This document shows, one piece after another, positions 63,224-64,000 of a stretch of 64,000 nt of DNA. Below the pieces are notes generated by a model. That model made no database searches and was not told the origin of the DNA. It saw only the letters and a list, made by a program, of their open reading frames with translations. The stretch comes from Octopus sinensis (taxonomy: Eukaryota): positions 34,162,001 through 34,226,000 of the forward strand of contig NC_043005.1 of NCBI RefSeq assembly GCF_006345805.1. Reading direction: 5' to 3'. Made by a program: the position numbers and the translations under genes. Each line of letters opens with the position of its first letter. Within the stretch, counting starts at the first letter, position 1.

Positions 63224-64000
63224 TATATATACACACACACATATATGGACACATTTACACCCAGGCATGATGATGAGAAGTATAAAAAAACATATTGTAG
63301 ATATTTATATATTAATAGATCAAACTTACACAGAGTACAAACAGAGAAAAATATAGGGTAGGAGATAAGGTGTTACAGGTCCTAAAGAGTTTGTGGAGGG
63401 CTTTCTTGGTGCGTTCAACAGAACGTTGAGATAGACCAGTGGCTATCATCCCTTTAGAGCCCTCCAGAGAGGCATGGCTGTATAGTTAAGATGGTTGTTT
63501 TCCAACCATATGGTTTTGAATTCAGTTCCATTGTGGGGCAACTTGAGGAAGTGTCTTCTACTATAGCCCTGGGCCAATTAAAGCCTTGTGCATGGTTTTG
63601 GTAGGTGGAAACTTAAGGAAGCCTGTCATATGTATATATATCTATGTGTGTGTGTCTGTATTCGCCCCCCCCATCACCACTTGACAACTGGTGTTGGTGT
63701 GTTTATGTCCCTAAAACTTAGCAGTTCAGCAAAAGAGACCAATAGAATAAGTACCAGGCTTAAAAAAAAATAAGTACTGGTGTTGATTCATTTGACTGAA
63801 AATTCAAGGCGGTGCCCCAGCATGGCCACAGTCTAATGACTGAAACAGGTAAAAGATAAAAGATAAAAGATACATACAAACACCCCCCACCACAAAGACA
63901 CACACACATGTATAAATATGCATGTACATGTGTATGCATGCATATGTGTGTGTTTGTTTTCTCCATGTCTTGATACTGTGTGAAAGTTGTAAATGAGCAT

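Overview
AT-rich, microsatellite-saturated animal genomic DNA. The SINE and LINE families look like those of a coleoid cephalopod, probably Octopus; this is inferred from recognition only, with no database search. I could not identify a host protein-coding gene, so the window reads as intronic or intergenic. Nearly all ORFs in the supplied track are microsatellite artefacts, antisense shadows or transposon relics. The contents are: (i) a 5.2 kb frameshifted Tx1/L1-clade retrotransposon (ORF1 with zinc knuckle; ORF2 with APE, RT and CCHC) inside a (GATA)n array, next to a second truncated 3' end in the same array; (ii) about six same-strand Dong/R4-type restriction-like-endonuclease (RLE) LINE fragments with 3' ends at (TAA)n; (iii) RTE, CR1, mariner, Tc1 and DD37D relics; (iv) three tRNA-derived SINE families, several copies with clean target-site duplications (TSDs); (v) Penelope-like fragments (N-terminal domain and GIY-YIG). 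The most interesting signal is a set of hammerhead ribozyme (HHR) motifs in non-coding repeats. A 941 bp foldback element carries two complete outward-facing hammerheads (2670-3610). A ~465 bp tandem array has one hammerhead per unit (13971-14980). A head-to-head element joins a tRNA-like head to a hammerhead tail (4987-5412), and several degenerate copies also occur. All coordinates were read by eye; boundaries of degenerate elements are approximate.
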